This document shows positions 42,614 through 52,143 of a stretch of DNA of 64,000 bases, piece by piece. Positions within the stretch are counted from its first letter, which is position 1, and every line of letters begins with the position of its first letter. Origin of the DNA: Candidatus Uhrbacteria bacterium. Lineage in GTDB: Bacteria > Patescibacteriota > Patescibacteriia > UBA9934 > GWF2-40-263. The notes beneath the pieces are model-generated. The model was not told the DNA's origin and made no database searches. It worked only from the letters and a program-made list of their open reading frames with translations. The stretch lies in the NCBI GenBank assembly GCA_014239775.1, contig JAAZYG010000039.1, forward strand, positions 6,134 to 70,133, written 5' to 3'. The translations under genes were made by a program, and so were the position numbers.

Positions 42614-43801
42614 TTATAAACCGAACCCAAATAATGATCCGTTGCCGTTTGGATTTAATGATTTATTTACCTCAACACCATCCATAACCCCATCACCATC
42701 TGTATCTGGGTTATCTGGGTTTGTTCCATAGAATTTTTCTAATATATCACTTAAACCATCTTTATCTCTATCATTATTTACCTCAATGGTTTGTCTGGGT
42801 AACTTAGCTGTAATTGTGCTTTCTGAAACAATATTTTTAGAACCATGAATTTTAGATCTTGATAATCCTAAAAGAGATTCTCTGTGTTTGCTTAATATGT
42901 CCTTAAAATAAACACTTTGTTTTACTTTGTATGCACCTATCTGTTTATTGAAATCTGAAAACTCTATTTTGTTATCCATTGAAATAAACAGGTCTGAATC
43001 CTCATCTATTACACCGCCAATAACATGAACTCTATATAGCAGATGATCCTTTATACCGATCCAAAATTTGATCTTAAATTTCGATAATTTCTCAGACAAT
43101 AATTTAATTTCAACGCGCTCTGTATCACTTGGTTCTCTGCTATATTTTACTCGTATTACATCTAGTAAAAAAGTGTACAGTGCATCTCTATCAAACCGTA
43201 CATCAATGGGTCTTGTATTTACTCCATTAACCAGCTCTGTAATATTGTTAAATGATGATAGAAATATGTCTGAATTACGTAACATCTCACGTAATTCTAA
43301 AACAAAAGCGTCACTCAATTCTCCATCTGTTAAAAAAGTTTTAATTGGGAAATCTGCTCCGACAATAATATTACCCCACCCAGACAATTCCCCATAATCA
43401 AACTCAACCCACTGATCATCCGTTAATTTTACACCAAGAATTTCTGGCACTGGTTTTTCATACCTTAAATATGTCTGATTATTTACATAATGAACCTCCC
43501 CTTTTAAATCATTAAAATCTTGTCCTGCTAATAATTTTACTAATCGAAACCTTGTCTTATAGTTCATTCCATTTTCACTACTTAAATCAACTCCTCCGTT
43601 AGCATACAAAGTGGTACTTTTTTCATTTTTAGACCAAGCAAACCCAGACGAGTGTGAAAATGTGTTTATTTCAGACATCTTTTGCAGCATTAAAAACACC
43701 TCTCTTTCAGGAGTAAATTTTGTCATTACAATATAAGTTGCAAATGTGATCGACATTAAAACACAAACACTTATCAAAATAAAAATGAGGGATTTTTTCA
43801 T
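42614..43801 (-). CDS. Anchored surface protein with C-terminal DxDxDG calcium-binding (TSP3-like) repeats
   Basis: N-terminal TM; DRDKDGLSD..E...GTNP.NPDTDGDG..DG.E. Confidence 0.75.
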   Translation of the reverse strand: MKKSLIFILISVCVLMSITFATYIVMTKFTPEREVFLMLQKMSEINTFSHSSGFAWSKNEKSTTLYANGGVDLSSENGMNYKTRFRLVKLLAGQDFNDLKGEVHYVNNQTYLRYEKPVPEILGVKLTDDQWVEFDYGELSGWGNIIVGADFPIKTFLTDGELSDAFVLELREMLRNSDIFLSSFNNITELVNGVNTRPIDVRFDRDALYTFLLDVIRVKYSREPSDTERVEIKLLSEKLSKFKIKFWIGIKDHLLYRVHVIGGVIDEDSDLFISMDNKIEFSDFNKQIGAYKVKQSVYFKDILSKHRESLLGLSRSKIHGSKNIVSESTITAKLPRQTIEVNNDRDKDGLSDILEKFYGTNPDNPDTDGDGVMDGVEVNKSLNPNGNGSLFGFGL

Positions 43802-43838
43802 ACCCTCATTTTATAGCTTTTTGATAACTTATCAAATA

Positions 43839-44279
43839 CTAAACTGTTGTTAAGTCATCTTCTGAAACAGTTTTTCCAATATATTGATAAACCTCGCCGG
43901 TATTTTCATTTGTAATAATACGTATAGTATCTCCATCTTGCGACTGATAGTCTGAAAATAAATATCTATCCCCTTCATCTTCCTCAGGATTACCAATTAT
44001 TTCAGTTATTTTACCTGCATCCTCGTAACTAAACTCGTACTCTTTAGCCTGATACAATATCACATCAGACGGCTCTATTTCTTCCTCAATTTTATGGAAT
44101 AAAACCAACTCTTCTTCATCTGGTGCAACAGCAAACATTACATCTCCATCATCATACATCCAATACAAAACAGCACCATTATCTAATGTTATCTCAGCAC
44201 GTCCCATGTATCTAAATGGTTCATTAAATACACTTATTGATTTTGATAAATCAATTTCTAATAAATCTTTAATATCCAT
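43839..44279 (-). CDS. Acidic hypothetical protein (possibly DUF4178-like)
   Basis: 146-aa ORF, very D/E-rich; family guess weak. Confidence 0.65.
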   Translation of the reverse strand: MDIKDLLEIDLSKSISVFNEPFRYMGRAEITLDNGAVLYWMYDDGDVMFAVAPDEEELVLFHKIEEEIEPSDVILYQAKEYEFSYEDAGKITEIIGNPEEDEGDRYLFSDYQSQDGDTIRIITNENTGEVYQYIGKTVSEDDLTTV

Positions 44280-44582
44280 AAACTAATTTTAATGGAGTTT
44301 TCCTCTTTTGTTTAACAGCGAGATTATAACGATTCATAATAAAAAAGTAAATTATTTTTTATCTAGTTTGTATTTACTTAGAATTTTTATTAAATATCAT
44401 AATTGAATAATATATTGTTTTTTTGCTAATATTAGCCAAAAGGGTTGACATTTAGTAAAAAACATGCTATATTATTGCACTGTCCACGCGCAGTGGGTCA
44501 GGTAGGTACACACATTCTTATTTTGAGAATAAACAACAAACAAGCTACGTGCCTAGCTTACAATTTAGAAGGAGTGGTAACA

Positions 44583-45224
44583 ATGCCTCTACATAGGACT
44601 ACTGTAATTGATCGGCTTTGCAAACGCGAAGCACTCATGTTTGAGCATGAGAATCCACCACAAAAATCTGGGAATGACCCGATTGTTGTTAGAGCTTATG
44701 AACTTCAACGGTTTACAAATGTTGTAATCGAAGTTCCAAACAGCTCCGAAATCAACACCGTTGAAACCGCAGGTCCTGCTGGTGAATATGTGCACACCTC
44801 CATCAATGGAGTTGATGTACATTTTCGAAAGGGTATGAAGGTTGTTCCAGGCGAAGTCACTGTTGGAGACATCGTCATTTATGTGAAAACATGGGAACCA
44901 AAGACGTCTGATAAGAGTAGAAACGTGCATCGTAATTACAGTCTCTGCATCAACGTAGAGACTGTAAGTAACAACAATGAGCCTGAGCAACGCTTGTATA
45001 TAAGTGATACTGCCGCTCGGACCTACAAACGACGATTCATGGATCTTTCCGGACCTGAAAGGTACTGCCACCTCTCAAAGGATCGCAGTCGCAATCAGGA
45101 CGTTCAAGTTCTTCCACTCAACAAGCCTACTCGACTTGTTGATACAACTACGACTCAATCTCGTGAGTCCAATCCTCAGCACACACAAATGGCTTATGCC
45201 ATGCGTGAAGCTGGTCTTGTTTAG
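44583..45224 (+). CDS. Hypothetical protein (SD-led unit with long structured leader)
   Basis: AAGGAGTGGT SD before ATG 44583; TTGACA (44445)-N17-TATATT. Confidence 0.75.
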   Translation: MPLHRTTVIDRLCKREALMFEHENPPQKSGNDPIVVRAYELQRFTNVVIEVPNSSEINTVETAGPAGEYVHTSINGVDVHFRKGMKVVPGEVTVGDIVIYVKTWEPKTSDKSRNVHRNYSLCINVETVSNNNEPEQRLYISDTAARTYKRRFMDLSGPERYCHLSKDRSRNQDVQVLPLNKPTRLVDTTTTQSRESNPQHTQMAYAMREAGLV

Positions 45225-45291
45225 ACCAAATCACCTCAATTGAGGTTCTATAGCGTCGGAGAAAAACCATCTGGTTTAGTACCCGGCGCTA

Positions 45292-45801
45292 TTATTTTTT
45301 TATATATAAATATATATCTGCTCTACCCACTTCTTTGTCTATTTTTTCTGGCTCCCAATTTGGAAGCGGCCAAACATATGAAACAACCTTTGAGCCCGCT
45401 GTTAATTCTTTATGTAGCTTTTCTGATATTTTTTCATAGGCCTCTGGCATTAGAAACATATAAACTGCATTATAATCAAAATAATTTATTTTAAATAAGT
45501 TTCCATAATGAACCTTAAATTTTTTACCATTTGTAAAAATTGTTTTTGATTTTGCAAAAAAAAAGTGCAATAAAGATAGTTCAATGCCATTAATATTTGC
45601 TTCTGTGTTTTTAGATAAATACTTCGACAATCTTGCTGTACCACATCCAAGTTCAATAAACTTGTCATTTGATTGTAAATCTAGTAGCTTATAAATTCTT
45701 TGCTTATCTTTGTTCCATGTTGGTACCCATGGAGCAGCAGAATGTGCTGCATAGGCTGCACTTATAAGTAAAAGCAAAGATATAGCTATAATTATTTCCA
45801 T
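45292..45801 (-). CDS. Membrane-anchored class I SAM methyltransferase
   Basis: APWVPT, ELGCGTA, GIE, VYMFL, VVSYVW; ATG at 45801. Confidence 0.85.
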   Translation of the reverse strand: MEIIIAISLLLLISAAYAAHSAAPWVPTWNKDKQRIYKLLDLQSNDKFIELGCGTARLSKYLSKNTEANINGIELSLLHFFFAKSKTIFTNGKKFKVHYGNLFKINYFDYNAVYMFLMPEAYEKISEKLHKELTAGSKVVSYVWPLPNWEPEKIDKEVGRADIYLYIKK

Positions 45802-45848
45802 ACACCAACAGGATACCACCTATTAAATATTTCTGTTATTATCACAGC

Positions 45849-46958
45849 ATGATTGCAATCATTCGATACAATGAAATAGCACTTAAGGGAAGAAACAGAG
45901 CTTGGTTTGAGGACAAGCTTATTTTGAATATAAAAAAATCCTTTAGTAATTCTGAGATTAAGGTAAAAAAGAAATATGGAAGAGTGCTAGTTGTATTTTC
46001 AAAGGATCAGATTGATGATATAAAAAAAACACTATCACGTACATTTGGAATTGAAAGCTTTTCTTTTGGAATACTTTCAAAATCAAACTTTGATAATATT
46101 ACAAAAAATGTAGTTGATCTTGTAAAACACAACCCAAATCAATGGAATACGTTTAGAGTAACCACAAAAAGACAAGACAAACAATTTCCAATTAAATCAA
46201 ATACATTGAACGAAAAAATTGGCGGTTGTATACTTGATACATTTACTCAGAAAAAAGTTGATCTAACCAACTTTGATTTAAACATACGAATTGAAGTTAC
46301 ACATCACGAAACGTACATAACAACCGAACACCACAAAGGTCCAGGGGGTCTACCTGTAGGTGTAAGTGGAAAATATGTATGTATGCTTTCTGGTGGTATA
46401 GACTCACCTGTTGCTGCATGGCACATGGCAAAAAGAGGTTGTGATGTTCACTTTATACATTTCCACAGCCTTCCGTATACTGACCGTGCATCTACTCAAA
46501 AAGTTAATGAACTTGCTGAAATATTATCAACATGGGGCTTGAATACCAAAGTTTCTCAAACTCCATTTGCTGAGACACAAAAGGAAATTGTTAAAAAAAC
46601 AAACTCGTCTTACAGAATAATATTATACAGAAGACACATGATGCGCCTTGCTGAGGTATATGCAAGAAAAATAGGTGCGCAAGCAATCATTACAGGCGAA
46701 AGTCTTGGTCAGGTTGCAAGTCAAACAATTGAAAACATTACAGTTATAGAGGATGCTGTTTCGATACCAATTCTTAGACCATTAATTGGATTTGATAAGA
46801 ATGAAATTATTGAAATTGCTAAAAAAATTGGCACCTTTGAAACATCTATACTTCCACATGAGGACTGCTGTTCTTTGTTCATGCCAAAGAACCCTATAAT
46901 AAGATCTACATTAAATGAAGTAAAAAAAGAAGAAGAAAATTTAGACTTAAAAATCTAG
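45849..46958 (+). CDS. thiI: tRNA 4-thiouridine synthase
   Basis: EIALKGRNR, THUMP domain, SGGIDSPVA, GESLGQVASQT, EDCC. Confidence 0.96.
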   Translation: MIAIIRYNEIALKGRNRAWFEDKLILNIKKSFSNSEIKVKKKYGRVLVVFSKDQIDDIKKTLSRTFGIESFSFGILSKSNFDNITKNVVDLVKHNPNQWNTFRVTTKRQDKQFPIKSNTLNEKIGGCILDTFTQKKVDLTNFDLNIRIEVTHHETYITTEHHKGPGGLPVGVSGKYVCMLSGGIDSPVAAWHMAKRGCDVHFIHFHSLPYTDRASTQKVNELAEILSTWGLNTKVSQTPFAETQKEIVKKTNSSYRIILYRRHMMRLAEVYARKIGAQAIITGESLGQVASQTIENITVIEDAVSIPILRPLIGFDKNEIIEIAKKIGTFETSILPHEDCCSLFMPKNPIIRSTLNEVKKEEENLDLKI

Positions 46959-47519
46959 ACCTTCTCTAGCTTTTACTCCTGAATAAAAATAATGTTTTTT
47001 TAAGCACATCTCTGTAATTAAATTTGCTTTGTTTAAAAATTCATTTGGAGCATTACGACCGGTTAAAATAAGTTCGGTCGTTTTTGGTTTGTTATCTATA
47101 AGATTTAGAACAGCCTGTACAGAAACTATACCAAGTGCAGCTGAAGAATTTATCTCATCCATAACAATCAAATCATATTTTTCTGTGAACATTTTCTCAA
47201 TGTATAAAAGTCCTTTTTTGCCTTCTTTTTTATCTATTTCTTTTATTGAAAAATCAAAAGCGTTTGTAATTGGATGAATCCTATCTCTTCCAGTTACGTA
47301 ATACTTTATGTCTATTTCATCAAAGATTTTTCTTTCTGAATAATGCACATCCCCACCTTTGTCAAAATATACAAATCCAACTTTTCTGCCTGCAGCATGG
47401 GCTCTAAGCAAGGTTCCTATTGCACTTGTGGTCTTCCCTTTTCCATCACCTGTAAACACTTGAATCAAACCAAATCCCTCATGACCTCTTACGCTTTCAT
47501 CGAATTTTTGTTCTGGCAT
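46947..47519 (-). CDS. cobO: Cob(I)alamin adenosyltransferase (CobO/BtuR)
   Basis: QVFTGDGKGKTT, MDEI, ELILTGR, KHYF..G..AREGLDF. Confidence 0.92.
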   Translation of the reverse strand: MPEQKFDESVRGHEGFGLIQVFTGDGKGKTTSAIGTLLRAHAAGRKVGFVYFDKGGDVHYSERKIFDEIDIKYYVTGRDRIHPITNAFDFSIKEIDKKEGKKGLLYIEKMFTEKYDLIVMDEINSSAALGIVSVQAVLNLIDNKPKTTELILTGRNAPNEFLNKANLITEMCLKKHYFYSGVKAREGLDF

Positions 47520-47535
47520 ATGTAATATAAAACTA

Positions 47536-47559
47536 AAGTGAGGGCTTGCACCCTCACTT
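47536..47559 (-). terminator. Hairpin after nrdJ
   Basis: AAGTGAGGG/CCCTCACTT. Confidence 0.6.
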
Positions 47560-47579
47560 ACAAAATAGATAAAATCTTT

Positions 47580-50500
47580 TTAACTACACCCGCTTGTCGC
47601 ACCACAATTTAAACATTTATAACAAGCTGCATTTCTAACCATTATAGACCCGCACGTATCACATGCTGGTGCATCTGAATGATTATCAAATGTCTGTGTA
47701 TGTGCAGTCTCTACACCATTAATTTCTTTAGTATTTTCAAATAGCTGTTTTTGTGAACTAATGTCTTTATTTTCAACTAATTCTTTTACATCTGAGTCTG
47801 CAACATACGACACCGCATCTTCTTCAGATACATTTATACCAACTGACAACTGGGCTTCTTTTGGTAAAAATTTAATAGCCAACCATCTAAATATGTAATC
47901 CGTTATAGACTTTGCAATTCGTATTTGTGGATTATTTGTATAACCAGATGGTTCAAATCGCATATGAACAAACTTATTTACCAACACATTTAATGGTACA
48001 CCGTACTGTAAACCAATTGAAATAGAAGTTGCAAAGCTATCCATTAGACCACTAATTACAGACCCTTCTTTTGCCATTGTTACAAATATTTCACCCGGTG
48101 TTCCGTCGTCGTATAAACCAACTGTTATATACCCCTTATGATTACCTACTGCAAATTTATGAGTAACAGCACGTCTCTCATCTGATAACCTACGCCTTTT
48201 TAGCGTCCTTTCTGCTGATACATTTTTTTGTGTAACTTCTTTTGAGTCTGTGTTTTGTTTCTTTGCATCTTGTTCTTTTGATGTTGTAAGAGCCTGCTGC
48301 CTCTTTGACCCATCTCTATAAACAGCAATTGCCTTTAGTCCTAATTTCCAACCCTGCATATACACCTCCTCTATATCTTCACGTGTAGCTGTATTTGGAA
48401 GATTTACAGTCTTTGAGATCGCACCTGATATAAACGGTTGCACAGCTGCCATCATTTTAATATGTCCCATGTAACCAATTGACCTCTCGCCATTTGCTGG
48501 TTTAAACGCACAATCAAATACAGCTAGATGTTCATCTTTTATATGTGGTGCCTTTTCAATTGTGTCGTTAGATTCAATGTATTTTAAAATATCTTGAATC
48601 TGATTTTCAGAATAATCTAATTTTTGTAAGGCTTCTGGAACTGTGTTATTTACTATCTTTAACATTCCACCACCCACAAGCCACTTATACTTAACAAGTG
48701 CTATGTCTGGCTCAACCCCCGTTGTGTCACAGTCCATAAAGAATGCAATGGTTCCTGTTGGTGCCAAAACAGAGATCTGTGCATTCCTTAATCCAAACTT
48801 ACTACCATGCTCTACAACATTATCCCAAGCCTTACGAGACTCAGTAATAAGATCCTGCTCTACACCTTGTGGCTGCAATGTATATGATGCATCTCTGTGC
48901 ATCTTCATTACATCCATACATGGTTCCTCATTCATTTTAAATCCAGCAAATGGTCCAATTTTTTCTGCTATCTTCGCGGATTGATAATATGCATGCCCAC
49001 TCTGAAGAGCGCTTATGGCAGCAGCTAAATTACGACCTTCGTCTGAATCATATGCCAAACCTGAACTCATGAGTAATGCACCTAGATTTGCATAGCCAAT
49101 ACCTAACGGACGATAATCTAGACTATTTTGTTCAATTGCAGGAGTTGGATAGGTTGCACTTCCAACAATAATTTCCATTGCTGTAATAATAATCTCATTA
49201 GCCTTCTTAAATGACTCTACATCAAACACCTCCTTTCCATTAACTTCTTTTCTGTACTTCATCAGATTTAATGATGCTAGATTACAAGCGCTGTCATTTA
49301 AAAACATGTATTCAGAGCATGGATTTGAAGCATAAATACGATCTGTGTTTTTACATGTATGCCACTTGTTTATTGTTGTGTCATATTGAATTCCCGGGTC
49401 ACCACATTGCCATGTTGCATCAGACATCATTCCCATCAAATCCTTTGCTTTCCATTTTTGCACTACTTCTCCTGTTGTAATCGCATGAGTATTCCAATCT
49501 CCATCACTTTCAACAGCTTGCATGAAATCATCTGTTACTCTCACAGAATTATTTGCATTTTGAAAATAAATTGAACTATATGCTGGTCCCTCAATAGATC
49601 CATCATACCCCGCATCCATTAATGCCCATGCTTTTTTTTCTTCCTCTACTTTACATGTAATAAAATCATCAATATCTGGATGATCGATGTCTAATATAAC
49701 CATTTTTGCTGCACGACGTGTTTTTCCACCACTCTTTATAACTCCAGCAAATGCATCTAATCCTTTCATGAATGAAACTGGGCCTGAAGCTTTTCCATTA
49801 CTTCCACCAAGATACTCATGTTTAGAACGTATTTTAGATAAATTAGATCCAGCCCCTGAACCACCTTTAAATAAAGTACCCTCTGTTACACATAGATTTA
49901 AAATTGACTTCATGTCGTCCTGGACTGAATTAATAAAACACGCTGAACATTGCTGTGGCCTTGATGTTCCAACATTAAACCAAACAGGAGAATTGAATGC
50001 TGCCATTTGATTTACCAAAATATGATGCAATTCGTCATCAAAAACCTGAGCGTCCTTCTCGGTTTGAAAGTACCCTTCCGTTCGACCCCAATTAGAAATA
50101 GTTTTAGCAACCCTTCCTACCAACTGTTTTACTGATGTCTCTCTATCTTCTTTACCTACTGTTCCATAAAAATATTTTGCAACAACAATATTTGTGGCAG
50201 TTTGAGACCACGACTTTGGAATCTCAACATTTTTTTGCTCAAATACAGCTTTCCCTTTCATGTCTGTAATAGTTGCGTCCCTTAGCTCCCATTCTATTTC
50301 ATCAAATGGATGAAGCTCTGCTTTTGTAAAATATCTTTCAACAGAAATACCCTGACCATATTTATGCTTAACATATTCTTCTGCTTTGTTTTTATCGTAC
50401 TGAATATAAATTTTTGAAACATGCATTAAATTATTATTAATGAACGTTAAATTAACAGCTTCTCTTATATCTGCATATGTTGGCACACTGTGTCCATCAA

Positions 50501-50741
50501 ACTTCTTAGTTAAATTCTGTATTACATATGATGTAATCTTCTTTTCTAGAATCTTATCTCTAATACCAGAAGCAACTAATGTATTAGATACTGAATTTTT
50601 TAATTTTATAGGATCAAAATCTACCTGTTCGCCAGAATGCTTTGTCAGTTTTTTAACAGAAGTCATAAATTCCCAAATTACATCTGACACCTTGGATTCA
50701 TTAACTACTTTATTGGGCACACTTGAATTTACATCAGACAT
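47580..50741 (-). CDS. nrdJ: Class II (B12-dependent) ribonucleotide reductase with ATP-cone and TSCPD domains
   Basis: FNSPVWFN, QCSACFI, SNPCSE, APTGTI, SGAISKTVN, C-terminal CxxC..CxxC..GCS. Confidence 0.97.
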   Translation of the reverse strand: MSDVNSSVPNKVVNESKVSDVIWEFMTSVKKLTKHSGEQVDFDPIKLKNSVSNTLVASGIRDKILEKKITSYVIQNLTKKFDGHSVPTYADIREAVNLTFINNNLMHVSKIYIQYDKNKAEEYVKHKYGQGISVERYFTKAELHPFDEIEWELRDATITDMKGKAVFEQKNVEIPKSWSQTATNIVVAKYFYGTVGKEDRETSVKQLVGRVAKTISNWGRTEGYFQTEKDAQVFDDELHHILVNQMAAFNSPVWFNVGTSRPQQCSACFINSVQDDMKSILNLCVTEGTLFKGGSGAGSNLSKIRSKHEYLGGSNGKASGPVSFMKGLDAFAGVIKSGGKTRRAAKMVILDIDHPDIDDFITCKVEEEKKAWALMDAGYDGSIEGPAYSSIYFQNANNSVRVTDDFMQAVESDGDWNTHAITTGEVVQKWKAKDLMGMMSDATWQCGDPGIQYDTTINKWHTCKNTDRIYASNPCSEYMFLNDSACNLASLNLMKYRKEVNGKEVFDVESFKKANEIIITAMEIIVGSATYPTPAIEQNSLDYRPLGIGYANLGALLMSSGLAYDSDEGRNLAAAISALQSGHAYYQSAKIAEKIGPFAGFKMNEEPCMDVMKMHRDASYTLQPQGVEQDLITESRKAWDNVVEHGSKFGLRNAQISVLAPTGTIAFFMDCDTTGVEPDIALVKYKWLVGGGMLKIVNNTVPEALQKLDYSENQIQDILKYIESNDTIEKAPHIKDEHLAVFDCAFKPANGERSIGYMGHIKMMAAVQPFISGAISKTVNLPNTATREDIEEVYMQGWKLGLKAIAVYRDGSKRQQALTTSKEQDAKKQNTDSKEVTQKNVSAERTLKRRRLSDERRAVTHKFAVGNHKGYITVGLYDDGTPGEIFVTMAKEGSVISGLMDSFATSISIGLQYGVPLNVLVNKFVHMRFEPSGYTNNPQIRIAKSITDYIFRWLAIKFLPKEAQLSVGINVSEEDAVSYVADSDVKELVENKDISSQKQLFENTKEINGVETAHTQTFDNHSDAPACDTCGSIMVRNAACYKCLNCGATSGCS

Positions 50742-50880
50742 AGGTAGAAATTTTAAATATTGATTTATTGTCTATTTTAGATTTTATTTTGAGACTAAAA
50801 AACAATCCTTTTGGGATTATCCTGTATTAGTTTCCTCACATTCTTGTGTTTAACTTCTAAGATATCCTAGTTCCCACATA

Positions 50881-50934
50881 CCACTATATGTAGTGGTATG
50901 ACTCTATTTTAGACCACTATATGTAGTGTGTCAA
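50881..50934 (-). promoter_or_regulatory. Two NrdR boxes overlapping the nrdJ promoter
   Basis: CCACTATATGTAGTGG (50881-50896) and CCACTATATGTAGTGT (50914-50929); TTGACA (50929-50934)-N17-TAAAAT (50906-50911). Confidence 0.9.
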
Positions 50935-50979
50935 AATCTTGGTTATCCACACCATAAAACACATATTATACCCAGCACA

Positions 50980-51558
50980 TCAAAAACCCATTGTTAAATT
51001 TATTATTGCTTTATCCTCTTTGTTTAGCTCAAAATTAACATCTATAGCCTTTCTGTTCCCCAACCTATCCTCATAAGCCAATGCTTTATACTTTAAACCA
51101 TACTCATATATATCTTTTGTTACTTTTACATCCTGCAAGCAATAATCTTTAATTTTTTGTATCTCTCCTTGCTTCCACCATTCAACAGCTTGTAAACCAT
51201 GCCCTGATTTACGTGTTCCTATTGATGCAGCGGCCACATCATCGAGTTTAAGTCTAAAACCTAGAAATTTATGTATTTCTTCCAAAATATCTAAATTTGT
51301 AAATTTTAAAAAATCACCACTATAGTAGTTGTTCATTACAGGTAGATCAAAACCCTTTGTATTATATCCAATGATTCTGTCAGACTTTTCAAGCCTTGGC
51401 CACAATGAATTTAGCTCATTCTCCTCAAACACCTCATAAGTTTTAGTTTCATAAAAATAGCATCCTATGACTGATATCTTTAATTTTGAATGTATGTAGC
51501 CACCAACCTCTTGAAAAGTATTTTGTGTTTCGATATCCAATACAACTTCTTTTGACAT
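50980..51558 (-). CDS. RNase H-like (DEDD) exonuclease domain protein
   Basis: LDIET, GYN..FD, LKLDDVA, YCLQDV. Confidence 0.85.
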   Translation of the reverse strand: MSKEVVLDIETQNTFQEVGGYIHSKLKISVIGCYFYETKTYEVFEENELNSLWPRLEKSDRIIGYNTKGFDLPVMNNYYSGDFLKFTNLDILEEIHKFLGFRLKLDDVAAASIGTRKSGHGLQAVEWWKQGEIQKIKDYCLQDVKVTKDIYEYGLKYKALAYEDRLGNRKAIDVNFELNKEDKAIINLTMGF

Positions 51559-51604
51559 AGACGTAAATTATAACACAAATATATTTAAAATCTCTTTTGA
51601 GAAT

Positions 51605-52138
51605 TTATGGTATTTGATATAAATATATTATATCATCACAAATGATATCTTTTTTTATAAATGTGAGTTTTTTAAATTGAAATACCCTAGAAACAACCCT
51701 TGTACCACTTGAGTAATTTTGAATTAATAGTGGTTCTAGTTTAGCATTTACAGAATCAAATAAGTACACAGCAATTACGTCAGCATATGGATGATGTGTT
51801 TTAAACATGTCTCCACAAATAAAAACAATACGATCATTGCGTCGTATTATTTTTTTTATATATGACATTACTACCAACAGAAATCTAGCCTCTATTCCAA
51901 TACCATGTGCTCTAAATTTTGTTGTTGCACAAAACAATAACGAACCAGTCCCTGAACCAAAATCCACAACTGTTTCTCCTGGCCTTACATTTGCAATCTC
52001 ACACATTTTTTCAGCAATTTTGTTTGATGTACGCACCCACGGAACACCAACAATTCCCATAACAATATAATACAAAATTGTCAGTAGTGAAATTATCATC
52101 AACCCTATTGCAATAAACGCAAACCAAACAGACAACAT
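51605..52138 (-). CDS. Membrane-anchored class I SAM methyltransferase
   Basis: VPWVRT, DFGSGTG, GIE, GDMF, AVYL, RVVS. Confidence 0.85.
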   Translation of the reverse strand: MLSVWFAFIAIGLMIISLLTILYYIVMGIVGVPWVRTSNKIAEKMCEIANVRPGETVVDFGSGTGSLLFCATTKFRAHGIGIEARFLLVVMSYIKKIIRRNDRIVFICGDMFKTHHPYADVIAVYLFDSVNAKLEPLLIQNYSSGTRVVSRVFQFKKLTFIKKDIICDDIIYLYQIP

Positions 52139-52143
52139 ACTAG

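Noticed and set aside
44445-44582. N-terminal 46 codons of the 259-aa ORF in the track
   Set aside because: The TTG start is the -35 box itself; the SD supports ATG 44583
50742-50880. Cobalamin riboswitch upstream of nrdJ
   Set aside because: The leader is AT-rich and lacks recognisable B12-box motifs; regulation is explained by NrdR boxes
50881-50929. CRISPR-like direct repeat
   Set aside because: Only two 16-bp copies, matching the NrdR consensus
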